DNA of 64,000 bases from a virus (IMGVR_UViG_3300035208_003503:484-64483); one strand, 5' to 3'. Shown: positions 18,892 through 28,787, counted from the stretch's first letter. The notes: generated by a model from the letters alone, not told the origin. Numbers and translations: made by a program.

Positions 18892-19827
18892 ATGGTGTCG
18901 GTGGTAGAGGGTAAGCCTCATGGTTCTTTAACAGATAAAATGCAACTTGCGATCGACACCATAATCTTTATGAACGGAGGAGAAATGTGTATTACCGAAT
19001 GTAAAAGTCTTGTAGAAACCCTAAAAAAATTACCCAGTACTCTGGAACTAAGTTCGTACGTAGCGGGTCTTGAAATGCTCGTTAATTACCGTGGACTAGT
19101 AACCAGCAGCATACTCGGTGCTGACAAAGAACTAATGGGCTACCTAACAGGTTCTCTAAATAGCTCAAAAGCTATCCAAAAAGATCCTGTAAGGCATCTT
19201 AAAGGTAAACCCAAGAAAGTACTTGAATTAATGAAAAAACTTGATGTTGAAATATCAAAACTTATCCTTGACCCAAAGGCAAAGCTACCCCTTCTTGATG
19301 CGGCATCCAATACCTACGAAGCAGTACTGCCCCCAAGCAACCAAGAGGGTACGTACCTAGAAATCCCATCTGATAATTATGAGCTAACCAAGCCCGCTAA
19401 AGACATCAAAGGTAAGTTAAGATACGAGCTAATGGACCCTGGTATAATAGCGGAGGTAACTCAATGGCTTGAAATGGTTGATGATATTGACTGCGATGAC
19501 TACTTTGATGAAGAGTTTATCGACATGTGTAAATCAATGCTGGCACAACAGTCATGGATGATCTTATGCATAGTCGTTATGAAAGCGAAAGGAGTTACCC
19601 TCGATCATATAGTAGAGTGCTTCATGCTTGGTGCTAGGAAGTATTCAGACTATGGGTGGAAAGACCGTAGCCCTGATGACTACCTGGGGGCTGCCTACAG
19701 ACATGTAAAGGAAGGGCCTAATAAATCAGATGGTCACCTTTCTCATTGGGCACACCTATGTTGGAACCTGTGTGCGCTGCGTTGGTTCGAAAAACGCGGT
19801 ATGATACCAACAAATTTTCAAAAATAA
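18892..19827 (+). CDS. dATP/dGTP diphosphohydrolase (DUF5664-like) C-terminal domain with an N-terminal extension
   Basis: KDIKGKLRYELMDP...LGARKYSDYGWK...YLGAAYRH...SHWAHLCWN pattern. Confidence 0.65.
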   Translation: MVSVVEGKPHGSLTDKMQLAIDTIIFMNGGEMCITECKSLVETLKKLPSTLELSSYVAGLEMLVNYRGLVTSSILGADKELMGYLTGSLNSSKAIQKDPVRHLKGKPKKVLELMKKLDVEISKLILDPKAKLPLLDAASNTYEAVLPPSNQEGTYLEIPSDNYELTKPAKDIKGKLRYELMDPGIIAEVTQWLEMVDDIDCDDYFDEEFIDMCKSMLAQQSWMILCIVVMKAKGVTLDHIVECFMLGARKYSDYGWKDRSPDDYLGAAYRHVKEGPNKSDGHLSHWAHLCWNLCALRWFEKRGMIPTNFQK

Positions 19828-19860
19828 ACTATCCCTCACAACATTTTATAGGAGAAAGAA

Positions 19861-20637
19861 ATGAAGAAATTTACAATTATGTTTGATCCAGAAAAGAACA
19901 CCATCGACGTTGAAAACGAAGGTTGCAACTCTCTTGAAATTATGGGCATGCTGCATGCAGCGTCCAAAAAACAGAGCAAGTTCCTTATCGAGGAATGTGT
20001 CGTACAGGACAACGAAATAGCAGAAAACACGACACAGACTACCCTGTTCGGGGCTACTACTGGGGAAGAAAAGGCGGATGCCTTTCCTCCTGATATAGCT
20101 CCAGAAGTTGAGGGCACTGAGGATCTTAATGCAGGGGGCGTTAGCGTAATGTCCGCTGAAAAACGTGAAGAAAGAAAAAGTGTACCTGAAGAAGGTGTGA
20201 CTATGAAAGAAAACTATGTAGTTGGAAACTCAGGAAGTATGAGTGCCTTGGTTACTCCGGAACCTGCTAAGGAAGAAGAGAGGGAAGTTGAGGAAGATCT
20301 TAATGCGGGGGACCCTGTTGAGGCAACACCTGTTGAAGATGACCTTAACGCATCCGACCTCAACGAAGCAGCCGAGGAATTAAAGGACGCTCCGGAACCT
20401 GCTCCTGAAACTCTCAATGAAACTAGCCCTGATCCTTTGGGACCTGCTAAGGAGGAAGAGAGGGAAGTTGAGGAAGATCTTAATGCGGGGGACCCTGTTG
20501 AAGCTGCCCCTGCTGAAGAGGATCTCAATTCTATGGACCTCAATTCAGGAGACCCTGTGGTTGAACCTGCTGAAAAAGGTACAGGGGATGCTGTTGGTCC
20601 AGTACCAGAAGGCTCCGTAGACGACCTTAACGGATAA
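19861..20637 (+). CDS. highly acidic repeat protein
   Basis: E/D/P-rich; recurring (E/D)DLN motif. Confidence 0.7.
   Translation: MKKFTIMFDPEKNTIDVENEGCNSLEIMGMLHAASKKQSKFLIEECVVQDNEIAENTTQTTLFGATTGEEKADAFPPDIAPEVEGTEDLNAGGVSVMSAEKREERKSVPEEGVTMKENYVVGNSGSMSALVTPEPAKEEEREVEEDLNAGDPVEATPVEDDLNASDLNEAAEELKDAPEPAPETLNETSPDPLGPAKEEEREVEEDLNAGDPVEAAPAEEDLNSMDLNSGDPVVEPAEKGTGDAVGPVPEGSVDDLNG
20262..20501 (+). repeat. 60-bp intragenic direct repeat (20262-20321 and 20442-20501)
   Basis: Encodes PAKEEEREVEEDLNAGDPVE twice; one nucleotide mismatch. Confidence 0.9.
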
Positions 20638-20643
20638 AAACAC

Positions 20644-20670
20644 TTAGGGGCTGCTACGGCGGCCCCATAT
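20644..20670 (+). terminator. hairpin after the acidic protein gene
   Basis: GGGGCTGC-TACG-GCGGCCCC; weak T-tract. Confidence 0.5.
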
Positions 20671-20685
20671 TCAAAGGAGGGTCCG

Positions 20686-21030
20686 ATGAACTACTGGGGG
20701 ACTGAACCTACTAAGGTAGAACCCATGAAGGGTAAATGCGAGTACCGTGGCAATGCCTTTGTTACTACGAACGTAGATTTCTGGTGTTGTAAGTATAGAA
20801 AAAATGTATATAGAGAAGAGTGCTATAAATGCCTTGGTCTAAACCCGAATGAGTACCACACGTTGCCCTTATCATTTGTTGATGAAAGTCATACTTTTAA
20901 GGGGGGTGTGGATCTTAGTTGGTGGGCTGAGGAAGGCAATACTGTTGCTAAAAGAAAAGTAGATCCTAAAAAAGTTGCCAAGAGAAGGCAGCGTAACCGT
21001 GCAGCTAGTAAATCGAGGAAAAGGAGATGA
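20686..21030 (+). CDS. Cys-containing protein with basic tail
   Basis: DFWCCKYRKNVYREECYKCL; K/R-rich C-terminus. Confidence 0.6.
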   Translation: MNYWGTEPTKVEPMKGKCEYRGNAFVTTNVDFWCCKYRKNVYREECYKCLGLNPNEYHTLPLSFVDESHTFKGGVDLSWWAEEGNTVAKRKVDPKKVAKRRQRNRAASKSRKRR

Positions 21031-21239
21031 CCCAGAAATATAAAAAACTTAGAAGCAGAAGTGGTAAAAAATCAAAACTATATAAAGACCGTAGCTGGAA
21101 TTCCAAGACTAAAATTAGGAAGCGCAGAAGGAAAGCAAATAAAAAGACATCCTATCTTTCTGGCGCTTTAAAAGATCTTACCTATCTTGATATCCTATTT
21201 AGGCAACCTTTGGGGCAACCTTATTCCAGAACTTACTAA
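21027..21239 (+). CDS. small highly basic protein
   Basis: K/R-rich 70 aa; AGGAG SD. Confidence 0.45.
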   Translation: MTQKYKKLRSRSGKKSKLYKDRSWNSKTKIRKRRRKANKKTSYLSGALKDLTYLDILFRQPLGQPYSRTY

Positions 21240-21540
21240 CAACATAATGGAGGAAGGTATGTACCATGGAATAGCAGATTTTATACCTAACCGATACAAA
21301 GTCCTACATCCCTGTCCTGATCGTATGGTCCCAGGGACCCACGTAGCTGACTTTTACTGTTGGAGAAAAAGAGAATGGATATACAAACAAGACTGCTGGG
21401 TATGTCTCCACAACAACAACAATAGCAGCGGGTATCATAGAAAGAAATTTAGTAAAAAAATGAAGCGCATAGAAAAAACTTTTAAGACCAAAAACTATAT
21501 AAAAGAAAAAGAAAAAGAAAAAGTAAACTATAGGAGATAA
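21187..21540 (+). CDS. Cys-containing protein with basic tail (probable paralog of 20686); likely start 21259
   Basis: DFYCWRKREWIYKQDCWVCL; GGAGG SD before ATG 21259. Confidence 0.55.
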   Translation: MISYLGNLWGNLIPELTNNIMEEGMYHGIADFIPNRYKVLHPCPDRMVPGTHVADFYCWRKREWIYKQDCWVCLHNNNNSSGYHRKKFSKKMKRIEKTFKTKNYIKEKEKEKVNYRR

Positions 21541-21541
21541 C

Positions 21542-21946
21542 ATGAATAGGGCAATAAGAATTAAAAAGACCAGGAAGGAGATGTCAGACCTGGCTAGAAA
21601 AAATGGGTGTATGATAGTTGGCGTAGTTAAACATGGCGGTAATTATTATAATAGGTACACCCCGGATGAATTCGACAAAGTTACAGAAACTGCACCGTTT
21701 TTATTTGGAAAGGAGTACTACTTCCTTGAAGACCCTGAGGTATACTACCAAAAGCTTAGGCAAATACTAAAGAAGGCCAAGAAGGAAATGGAAGAAGCTC
21801 CTACTGCTAAAATACGTGGTAAACGTTGGGATGCAGTAAGACATGCTGAAGTCGAAATATCCAGGTACCTAAGACGTATTAGGAAAGCCGGACTTAAAAG
21901 AAAATCAACTCTAAAAAAGAAAGGGGATAAAAATGACGGAAAATAA
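21542..21946 (+). CDS. basic hypothetical protein
   Basis: AGGAG SD; K/R-rich. Confidence 0.55.
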   Translation: MNRAIRIKKTRKEMSDLARKNGCMIVGVVKHGGNYYNRYTPDEFDKVTETAPFLFGKEYYFLEDPEVYYQKLRQILKKAKKEMEEAPTAKIRGKRWDAVRHAEVEISRYLRRIRKAGLKRKSTLKKKGDKNDGK

Positions 21947-22371
21947 ACCTCTGGTAGGTTACGAAAAGGAACTTGTTGAACTTATAGGTAAAGATACTCT
22001 CTATAGCGTTGCCTATATAGAGGACTTCAAAGATCGTAAAGACAATGTCTTTACAAATGCACCTGTAGCCTTATCTGCTATGGGGGTACACGGATTTCTT
22101 GACTGCATAAAATGCATCGCTAAAAAGGAACTTATCTTACTTAATAAAGAGGATATACATAACGTAAAAGACTTGGGAATGTTTATCCACGGCTTTTTAA
22201 CTAAAGCAATGACCCTACATAAAGAACCTGCAGACTGTGAGATCAGCTATAAAAACTGGAAGGTAACTATAAAAGTTACTAAACCAAAATCAGACCCGAG
22301 GGAAAAGGACCAGATGAAGCTTACTGAGAATTCATGATACCTACTCGGCACGAAGTATAAGGAGAATACTA

Positions 22372-22983
22372 ATGAAAAAACTTAATAACATGATGATTCC
22401 AATCCTAACTCAATCTGATTTCATGGATTTCAGTAAAATAGTACTGGATTCTGAAACTTGCCTGCACTTTGGGTCTTCTGTCTACTTCTTCTTCCCAGGT
22501 TTCGCAATGTTAAAAGTAACCAGCGATAACTGCAAATGGCCTTTAATACTAAGTATCCAGGAGTTTGCAGACAAGCCTGGGGATAATGATCTGGGGGACT
22601 GGAGTTTTAAAACTTTCGAGCAGATAGCCAACTTTGTGCACCAACGAATGATATACCTGGGTCTTAATAAAAGGCTTTTACCCATCCTGAATGACGAAGA
22701 TAAACCTGACTTTGCGGCTGCTAATAGTCTCATAGAGAGGAATGAAGATACTGCCTGGAAACTTGTTGGGTATAACAGAAAGTTCGATGTGGAAGAAATC
22801 CTGGATTATAAAAGCGCCCTAAATTCTCTAAGTGATGCCACTATTGCGATACAAAATCTTATAATAAGCCAGGCTAGCTCCCTGTATCTAGCAGAAGCAA
22901 AGGACGTACCATTCGAAAGTGTTAACTATGGTAAAGCCCCCCACTTAATGGATAAGAAATCATATGTAGAAGAAGAGGAGTAA
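22372..22983 (+). CDS. hypothetical protein
   Basis: AAGGAG SD; 203 aa. Confidence 0.6.
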   Translation: MKKLNNMMIPILTQSDFMDFSKIVLDSETCLHFGSSVYFFFPGFAMLKVTSDNCKWPLILSIQEFADKPGDNDLGDWSFKTFEQIANFVHQRMIYLGLNKRLLPILNDEDKPDFAAANSLIERNEDTAWKLVGYNRKFDVEEILDYKSALNSLSDATIAIQNLIISQASSLYLAEAKDVPFESVNYGKAPHLMDKKSYVEEEE

Positions 22984-22984
22984 T

Positions 22985-24076
22985 ATGGATAAGAAGAAAA
23001 TCGTTAAATCATATCAAGGACTTATACACTACCTTCCAAAGCTTGGAAGAAAAGACAATGCCAAGTGGGTAGCTAAAGTACTAGATGCTGCGGTACCTAT
23101 AATGCGCACTAAGGTTATGGGTTTCATTAATCTATTCCCTGAGATAGCCCGATATCCTGAAATGAAGGATGAATCTTACCTGCCTCCTGCTGGTTACACT
23201 ATGCTGTTTATGATGGCTGCTATTGACCCTGATACCTACATGAAAGTATTCGGAGACATCGTTAAAAAATCTGGTGTAAAAGATCCTCGTATAACAGCGT
23301 TGGCTCTTGGGCACCATGCGTTACCTATAATGCTTAGCAGGTATCTTAAGCACCATCAGGCTGTTAAGTTTGCAGTATCTGAAGATGTTATGGAAAAGTC
23401 TAAGCTACTGGGAGATCCTTTAGATTTTCCTATAGACGAACTTATTGATGCAATTCAACATCCTCATCTGTTCGTGTGCGAAGACGGTAACATATTCATG
23501 TTGTACAAAACTCTGTATTACAGAGCAGAGGAGCAACAAACGGTTGAAGTACTCAGAATCGAAAAGGTTGGAGGCTTACTTGGCACTTCGTTCTTCGATG
23601 TGTACAAAGTTAAACCGGAAATGGATACCCTTCGTACCTTGTATGACTACTACAGAAATGATCGGTTGGAGATGATCGACGATGGTACCCCAACTGAAGC
23701 AATGGACGAAGCATCCGAGATCTTGCCTCTATTGATGCTTACCTTGTCAAACAATATAACCCTGCCAAAGCCTGTGGAACTTAACGAGCTGCGTGAAGCT
23801 TACCTGTTAACAGGTCATCACGATAAAGCTAAACGCCACGAGAGCTATCGTTTTATAGACTTGGAGCAGACAACCTTTCAGAGCAGGAAACCGACTAGTG
23901 AGGGATCAGCCGAGCCCTCGTCTTCTAAAGCACCCCACGCCAGAAGCGGCCATTTTAGAAGACAGAGGATCGGAAGTCGGGATGACTGGAAATACAAGAC
24001 TATCTGGATAGCGCCTACCGTCGTGCATGGGGGTGCAGACGTTCAGAATAAAGTCTTTCGAGTCATTCAACTCTGA
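22985..24076 (+). CDS. hypothetical protein with C-terminal PHxRxGHFR motif
   Basis: KAPHARSGHFRRQRIG...KTIWIAPTVVHG. Confidence 0.7.
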   Translation: MDKKKIVKSYQGLIHYLPKLGRKDNAKWVAKVLDAAVPIMRTKVMGFINLFPEIARYPEMKDESYLPPAGYTMLFMMAAIDPDTYMKVFGDIVKKSGVKDPRITALALGHHALPIMLSRYLKHHQAVKFAVSEDVMEKSKLLGDPLDFPIDELIDAIQHPHLFVCEDGNIFMLYKTLYYRAEEQQTVEVLRIEKVGGLLGTSFFDVYKVKPEMDTLRTLYDYYRNDRLEMIDDGTPTEAMDEASEILPLLMLTLSNNITLPKPVELNELREAYLLTGHHDKAKRHESYRFIDLEQTTFQSRKPTSEGSAEPSSSKAPHARSGHFRRQRIGSRDDWKYKTIWIAPTVVHGGADVQNKVFRVIQL

Positions 24077-24079
24077 CTC

Positions 24080-24110
24080 AGGGCCCTCCGTTCGGGGGGC
24101 CTGTTTATTT
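24080..24110 (+). terminator. probable terminator hairpin
   Basis: GGCCCTCC-GTTC-GGGGGGCC followed by TGTTTATTT. Confidence 0.6.
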
Positions 24111-24131
24111 AACTATAACAGGGAGAACAGT

Positions 24132-25385
24132 ATGGAAGTTGATAAAAACTTAATTGTAAAACTTTATGAGACTGCAACTAGCAAGGAGGTCTACGACCTT
24201 GAACATTCCCCTGAAGCGCGAGCTAGCTTCAAAACCATTAATAAGTACCTGTGCAAAAGCATAAGTGTACTAACTACCTACCATTTTGATCGTATAAAAG
24301 GTATGGTGGACGACTCTGGGAACCTTAAAATAGAAGAATTAAGATACTTTATTGAAGACGCTGCCCGCTTCCAACATTATCCCCTCGAATCTATGTCTAG
24401 GGTCCTCAAACATTTTCAGTTTATAACAGAAAACCACTCTCTTGAAACTTATATCAGTTTGGTACTATCTTTATCTAGCGTTCTTTTTAAGGATATTAAC
24501 ACGGCTGTGCTACAAAGATTCATCTCTATAAATACTGACAACGGGTCTAACGGATCTTTTGTTTCCGAAATACTTGCCAAAAATTATGTAAGCTACTATT
24601 TTGATTACATAGAACAGAATATTCTGGTAATCCCAAACAAAATACATTCCAATCTTTTAGATACTGACCTGCTAAAAAATATTACCCTTAGCAACCTTAT
24701 TTCCGCATTAAGAGATAGCAGAACTTGGGTGCTCCTTACAGAAAGGGAGGACTACCACATTATTCGACTTATCAAGGGTGACTCCAGTGTTGAAGTTCCT
24801 TACTCCCTTGATATAATAGCGGGGTTCAGAGATCCTAATACCCATAAACTAACAAGAGGTTTAATGACAATAGACCTTAAAAAAGAGCTCTTTGATATGC
24901 CTCTACTTCCTTGGTTAGAAAAGGAATCCAAAGCTACCAAAGCTACAACGGATGAGCAACATTCTGATAAGGAAAGATACGGTAAAATGGGTAGTACTAT
25001 ATACAAATCTATACTTATGTTCTTAAATAGCTCCCTATTCCTATCCTGCCCAAATATATCCTACAAAGAAGAGGAGTATAGCTATAGACCCCACAATAAG
25101 ACCAAACTACGTAAGCTAAAGAAAGCCAACGGGGGCAGGCTCCCTATGTATAAATTCATAAATATAGGGAACATACGGTTCACCCACGCAGAGGCAAAGG
25201 ACGAAGATGATCCTAACAAGCCTAAAGGATCTCCGAAAAGTCCTCATATGAGATCCGGGCACTTCAGGGCTCAGAGGTATAAGGAGGACGGTGATTGGAA
25301 GACCAAGATCATATTCATAGCACCTATGGCTATACGTGGTGGATCTTCTGAAGAAACATTAGTATTTAAGGTGCTTAACATTTGA
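24132..25385 (+). CDS. hypothetical protein with C-terminal PHxRxGHFR motif
   Basis: KSPHMRSGHFRAQRY...KIIFIAPMAIRG; GGGAG SD before ATG 24132. Confidence 0.7.
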   Translation: MEVDKNLIVKLYETATSKEVYDLEHSPEARASFKTINKYLCKSISVLTTYHFDRIKGMVDDSGNLKIEELRYFIEDAARFQHYPLESMSRVLKHFQFITENHSLETYISLVLSLSSVLFKDINTAVLQRFISINTDNGSNGSFVSEILAKNYVSYYFDYIEQNILVIPNKIHSNLLDTDLLKNITLSNLISALRDSRTWVLLTEREDYHIIRLIKGDSSVEVPYSLDIIAGFRDPNTHKLTRGLMTIDLKKELFDMPLLPWLEKESKATKATTDEQHSDKERYGKMGSTIYKSILMFLNSSLFLSCPNISYKEEEYSYRPHNKTKLRKLKKANGGRLPMYKFINIGNIRFTHAEAKDEDDPNKPKGSPKSPHMRSGHFRAQRYKEDGDWKTKIIFIAPMAIRGGSSEETLVFKVLNI

Positions 25386-25390
25386 TAATA

Positions 25391-25514
25391 GGGCAGAGTA
25401 GCAGAAATGGTATATGCACGTCTAAGGACGGTTTATTTTGGTTCGAGTCCAAAGTAGTTATTCCTGGAATGCTACCAGGTGATAATGCGGGTTCAAGGCC
25501 CGCCTCTGCCCTCA
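25391..25514 (+). ncRNA. tRNA-like RNA with a non-canonical three-hairpin central domain
   Basis: Acceptor stem GGGCAGAG/CTCTGCCC, D-arm GCA-GAAATGGTATA-TGC, T-arm GCGGG-TTCAAGG-CCCGC; no canonical anticodon arm. Confidence 0.7.
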
Positions 25515-25563
25515 ATAGTTTATGGATAAAGATTAATAAGAATAATAACAAAGGAGAGGTACC

Positions 25564-26049
25564 ATGACCGGTAAACAAAAGAATAAAATTATTAAACTCA
25601 AGGCCAATATTAATACGTTAACTGGGGAAGGCATCAGTAGAGGAAAGGAATATGATGTAATTCTACTAGATAGTGTTATGGCTAGGTATAAATCAAACAG
25701 TGGTTTCTGGGTGAACACCACTATTGATGATCTGTACCTTATGTTTGAAAGAAGAAAAATAGTAAAAGCCGGGGCGTTACCTCTAACAGACGAGGAGCTT
25801 AAGCTATTCAGTTTAGAGTTTTATGGGTTTCTTAAGCACCCCATAACAAAGATAGAATTTATATCCGTACCTGAGTTCAATCATAACAACCAACTACAGT
25901 GCAAAACCATGCAGGAAGACGGGAATGAGATATGGTTCAGGATAAAAGATTGCAGAGCGATGGAGTGGATCTTTAAGAGAATAGACTTAAGTGAGGCGTA
26001 TAGTTGCAGATATAATAATAATAATAATAATGGAGGACAGGGTGCCTAA
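25564..26049 (+). CDS. hypothetical protein
   Basis: GGAGAGGT SD; 161 aa. Confidence 0.55.
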   Translation: MTGKQKNKIIKLKANINTLTGEGISRGKEYDVILLDSVMARYKSNSGFWVNTTIDDLYLMFERRKIVKAGALPLTDEELKLFSLEFYGFLKHPITKIEFISVPEFNHNNQLQCKTMQEDGNEIWFRIKDCRAMEWIFKRIDLSEAYSCRYNNNNNNGGQGA

Positions 26050-26099
26050 AATTAAGCGTAAAGTAAAGGAACGGTGGACCCACTTTATGGGAGGATATT

Positions 26100-27197
26100 A
26101 TGACAGATGATAAAGAAGTTTGGAAAGATATCCCCGGGTATGATGGTAGGTATCAGGTGAGTAGCCTGGGGCGAGTAAGGAGTAACGCTAAATGTTCCCA
26201 AAACCCAGATGGGGCATGGGTATATAGAACAGTACAGGTAAAAAAGGTTTCAGGAAGAAGCTTTATAAACCTTAGGAAGCCTCATACCCGTGCTATAACT
26301 AGTTACCGAATAAATAATTTGGTAGCTGAAGCCTTTATACCTAATCCAACAGGAAGCTTAGAGATCAGACACATAGATGGTGATCTTTCAAATAATAAAG
26401 CCGCTAACCTTGAATGGGTTATTTTTGAAAGCCTTGAAGGTGAACTGTGGAAAGCCATTAAAGGCTTCGCTGGTAAGTATGAAGTAAGCACAAGGGGAAG
26501 AGTACGACTAAATAAGGGTAACCGATATAAGCTTGTTACCTGTAGAGACAACTCTTCATGTGTCACAGTAAATATTGGCAGAAGAGAGGATAGGTACGTA
26601 GTGAGTAGACTGGTAGCTAACGCATTCCTACCCCGGGTTAAAGGCAAACCCCTAGTAATCCATATAGATGGTAATCTCAAGAATAATAAAGTAAGTAACC
26701 TAAAATGGGACACCCCCAAATGTGAGATTATAACTCGTAAAAGTATGAAAACAAGGACTAAAAATAAAAGGCCTACAAGAGAAAGGCCAGTGTATCAGTA
26801 CACTCTTTCCTGGAATATAATAGCCACACATCCGTCAGTACAAGCCGCTGCCAGATCTCTTAAAATACATGCAAGTACTATAAGCGCTTGTTGTAGGGGT
26901 AAGTACGCGTCCTCAGGGGGCTATAGGTGGAAATACGTTACTGAATCATACCCAGGAGAGAAAACTGGGTATGTACCATTGCCGGTAGTAAGCATGGATA
27001 TTGATACAGGGGAGGCCTGTATGATATATAAGTCAATAGCACAAGCTTCTTATGATATTGGAAGAGAAGACAGTAGCAAGATCAGTGCTACGCTTACTAG
27101 AAATAAAGGGTGTGTATCTTACGGGTTAAGATGGAGGTATGCTACAGAAGAGGAGATAGAGCTGCTGGGAGAAAATAATCAGGTGTCTCTTAGTTAA
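26100..27197 (+). CDS. NUMOD4/HNH homing-endonuclease-like protein (2 modules plus NUMOD1-like C-terminus)
   Basis: WKDIPGYDGRYQVSSLGRVRS; HIDGDLSNNKAANLEW; HIDGNLKNNKVSNLKW; GGYRWKY. Confidence 0.9.
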   Translation: MTDDKEVWKDIPGYDGRYQVSSLGRVRSNAKCSQNPDGAWVYRTVQVKKVSGRSFINLRKPHTRAITSYRINNLVAEAFIPNPTGSLEIRHIDGDLSNNKAANLEWVIFESLEGELWKAIKGFAGKYEVSTRGRVRLNKGNRYKLVTCRDNSSCVTVNIGRREDRYVVSRLVANAFLPRVKGKPLVIHIDGNLKNNKVSNLKWDTPKCEIITRKSMKTRTKNKRPTRERPVYQYTLSWNIIATHPSVQAAARSLKIHASTISACCRGKYASSGGYRWKYVTESYPGEKTGYVPLPVVSMDIDTGEACMIYKSIAQASYDIGREDSSKISATLTRNKGCVSYGLRWRYATEEEIELLGENNQVSLS

Positions 27198-27212
27198 ATT
27201 TAAGGAGGTAAC

Positions 27213-27533
27213 ATGAAATTCATAGGAAGTGACGTAGGTATACCTACAGATAACAAACTGGAAGAGATCGACTTTGATGCTGCCATGGAATACGTAGTGG
27301 ATAACAGAGTACTCAGAGTAGGATCCGGATGTATTAAAGTAAAGGCAAAGATAAGGAAACGAGATGGTTACTCCGAATTATGTGAGTTAAATGGCGCTCT
27401 TATACTTTACTTGTACAAGGAAAAAATCCATACTGTCTACAAAGAGATTGTTCCGGATATTAAGTCAATAACGTTGCACCTCTTATTTAGGAATAGATCT
27501 GAGTTGGCAATTACAGTTAAAGATAGTAAATAA
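27213..27533 (+). CDS. hypothetical protein
   Basis: AGGAGGT SD. Confidence 0.55.
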   Translation: MKFIGSDVGIPTDNKLEEIDFDAAMEYVVDNRVLRVGSGCIKVKAKIRKRDGYSELCELNGALILYLYKEKIHTVYKEIVPDIKSITLHLLFRNRSELAITVKDSK

Positions 27534-27543
27534 GGAGGTTACG

Positions 27544-27843
27544 ATGGAAGCTAGAAGTTACAGAAAACGACCAATGGTCGTTAAAGCTGTGCAGTGGCGT
27601 GGCTGGAGTAAGGATATGGAGGACTTTGTAGGTAAAAACCTTGTAAGGCTACCTATACACCATAAACATGATTCAGTGCGTTACTGTATCAATACATTGG
27701 AAGGCCATTCTTATGCCTTATCAGATGGTGATTGGGTGATCAAAGGTGTAAAGGGTGAATTCTATCCATGTAAACCGGATGTGTTTGCCGAATTGTATGA
27801 TATTCTGAATGAAAAAGAAGTAACATTAGATAACGACTGCTAA
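27544..27843 (+). CDS. conserved phage protein (YRKRP.VV.AVQW / TLEG / GDWVIKGVKGEFYPCKPDVF family)
   Basis: Widespread phage motif set; AGGAGGT SD. Confidence 0.75.
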   Translation: MEARSYRKRPMVVKAVQWRGWSKDMEDFVGKNLVRLPIHHKHDSVRYCINTLEGHSYALSDGDWVIKGVKGEFYPCKPDVFAELYDILNEKEVTLDNDC

Positions 27844-28173
27844 AAAGGGGATATAAATGTCAAAAAAAGATTTTCAGTCCCTTGCGAGTTGTTTCATAAT
27901 ATACTTGCTACACGGAGACAATAGCATAGTCACCCTTAAAAAGACTCTCGATATTATTGAAGAAACCTGTAACTTCAAGAAGCTGGAGAAAGATGTTGAA
28001 AGAGAGCACTTGACAAAGCTAGGGCTTGACCCAGATGATGAAGAGCTAGCTTTGATAGACGCGGTTGAGGCTGCTTTCAAGTCCCATAGAGGTACGTACC
28101 AGAAAGAAGAGTATGCTATACAGCAAGAGCTTGAGTTCTGGTTGGAATATAAAGACAAATTACGGAGGTAATT

Positions 28174-28776
28174 ATGAGCGTAGATCTAAAATTTGAGCAA
28201 TGTGGCCTTGGGACTATGGAATCCCAGGAGTTTCCGTTTGGTAAATTCAGGGTTGTTAGGGTTATTGGAAAAGGATGGGAACTTCAACTAGTTTTACGAG
28301 ATGGGTCAGTTATTGAGCTTAGTAAGTGGGAAGCATATGAGGACGCTGTTGGTGATGCTAACTTCTTCTATGTATTAGTAAATAGTGTGTATGAAGCAAG
28401 TAAAAACATTAATTCAGTAGTTACGGAAATAGAGTGGTACAAATCACACGAGAGTCCCGAGTCTAAACCTGCACCTGCTAATCGTAGCTATAACTGTGTC
28501 TTTGACGGTCCACCAAGACCGTTTATATCCCGGTATCACTTGGGTGAGATTGTCGGTTTTAAGCAGAACCCGGCTAAAGACGATTTCGTACCGGCCGTTA
28601 TACTCGGTGTTATTATTAAAGGATGTAAAGTAGCGCACCACGCTCTCCTTGCCAATAATGTTGAGGTGAGAGCCTATAGTGAGTGTTTCATTGACTACCC
28701 GGATAATTACACTTTACCGTCGGATCTCGAAAGGGAAGGTAGAGAGTACATTGAAAGAGGAACGCCTGGATTGTAG
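28174..28776 (+). CDS. hypothetical protein
   Basis: GGAGGT SD; 200 aa. Confidence 0.55.
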   Translation: MSVDLKFEQCGLGTMESQEFPFGKFRVVRVIGKGWELQLVLRDGSVIELSKWEAYEDAVGDANFFYVLVNSVYEASKNINSVVTEIEWYKSHESPESKPAPANRSYNCVFDGPPRPFISRYHLGEIVGFKQNPAKDDFVPAVILGVIIKGCKVAHHALLANNVEVRAYSECFIDYPDNYTLPSDLEREGREYIERGTPGL

Positions 28777-28787
28777 TTTAGTAGTAT

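Noticed and set aside
26010-26032. (AAT)n microsatellite encoding poly-Asn
   Set aside because: A short in-frame tract at a C-terminus; no evidence for phase variation
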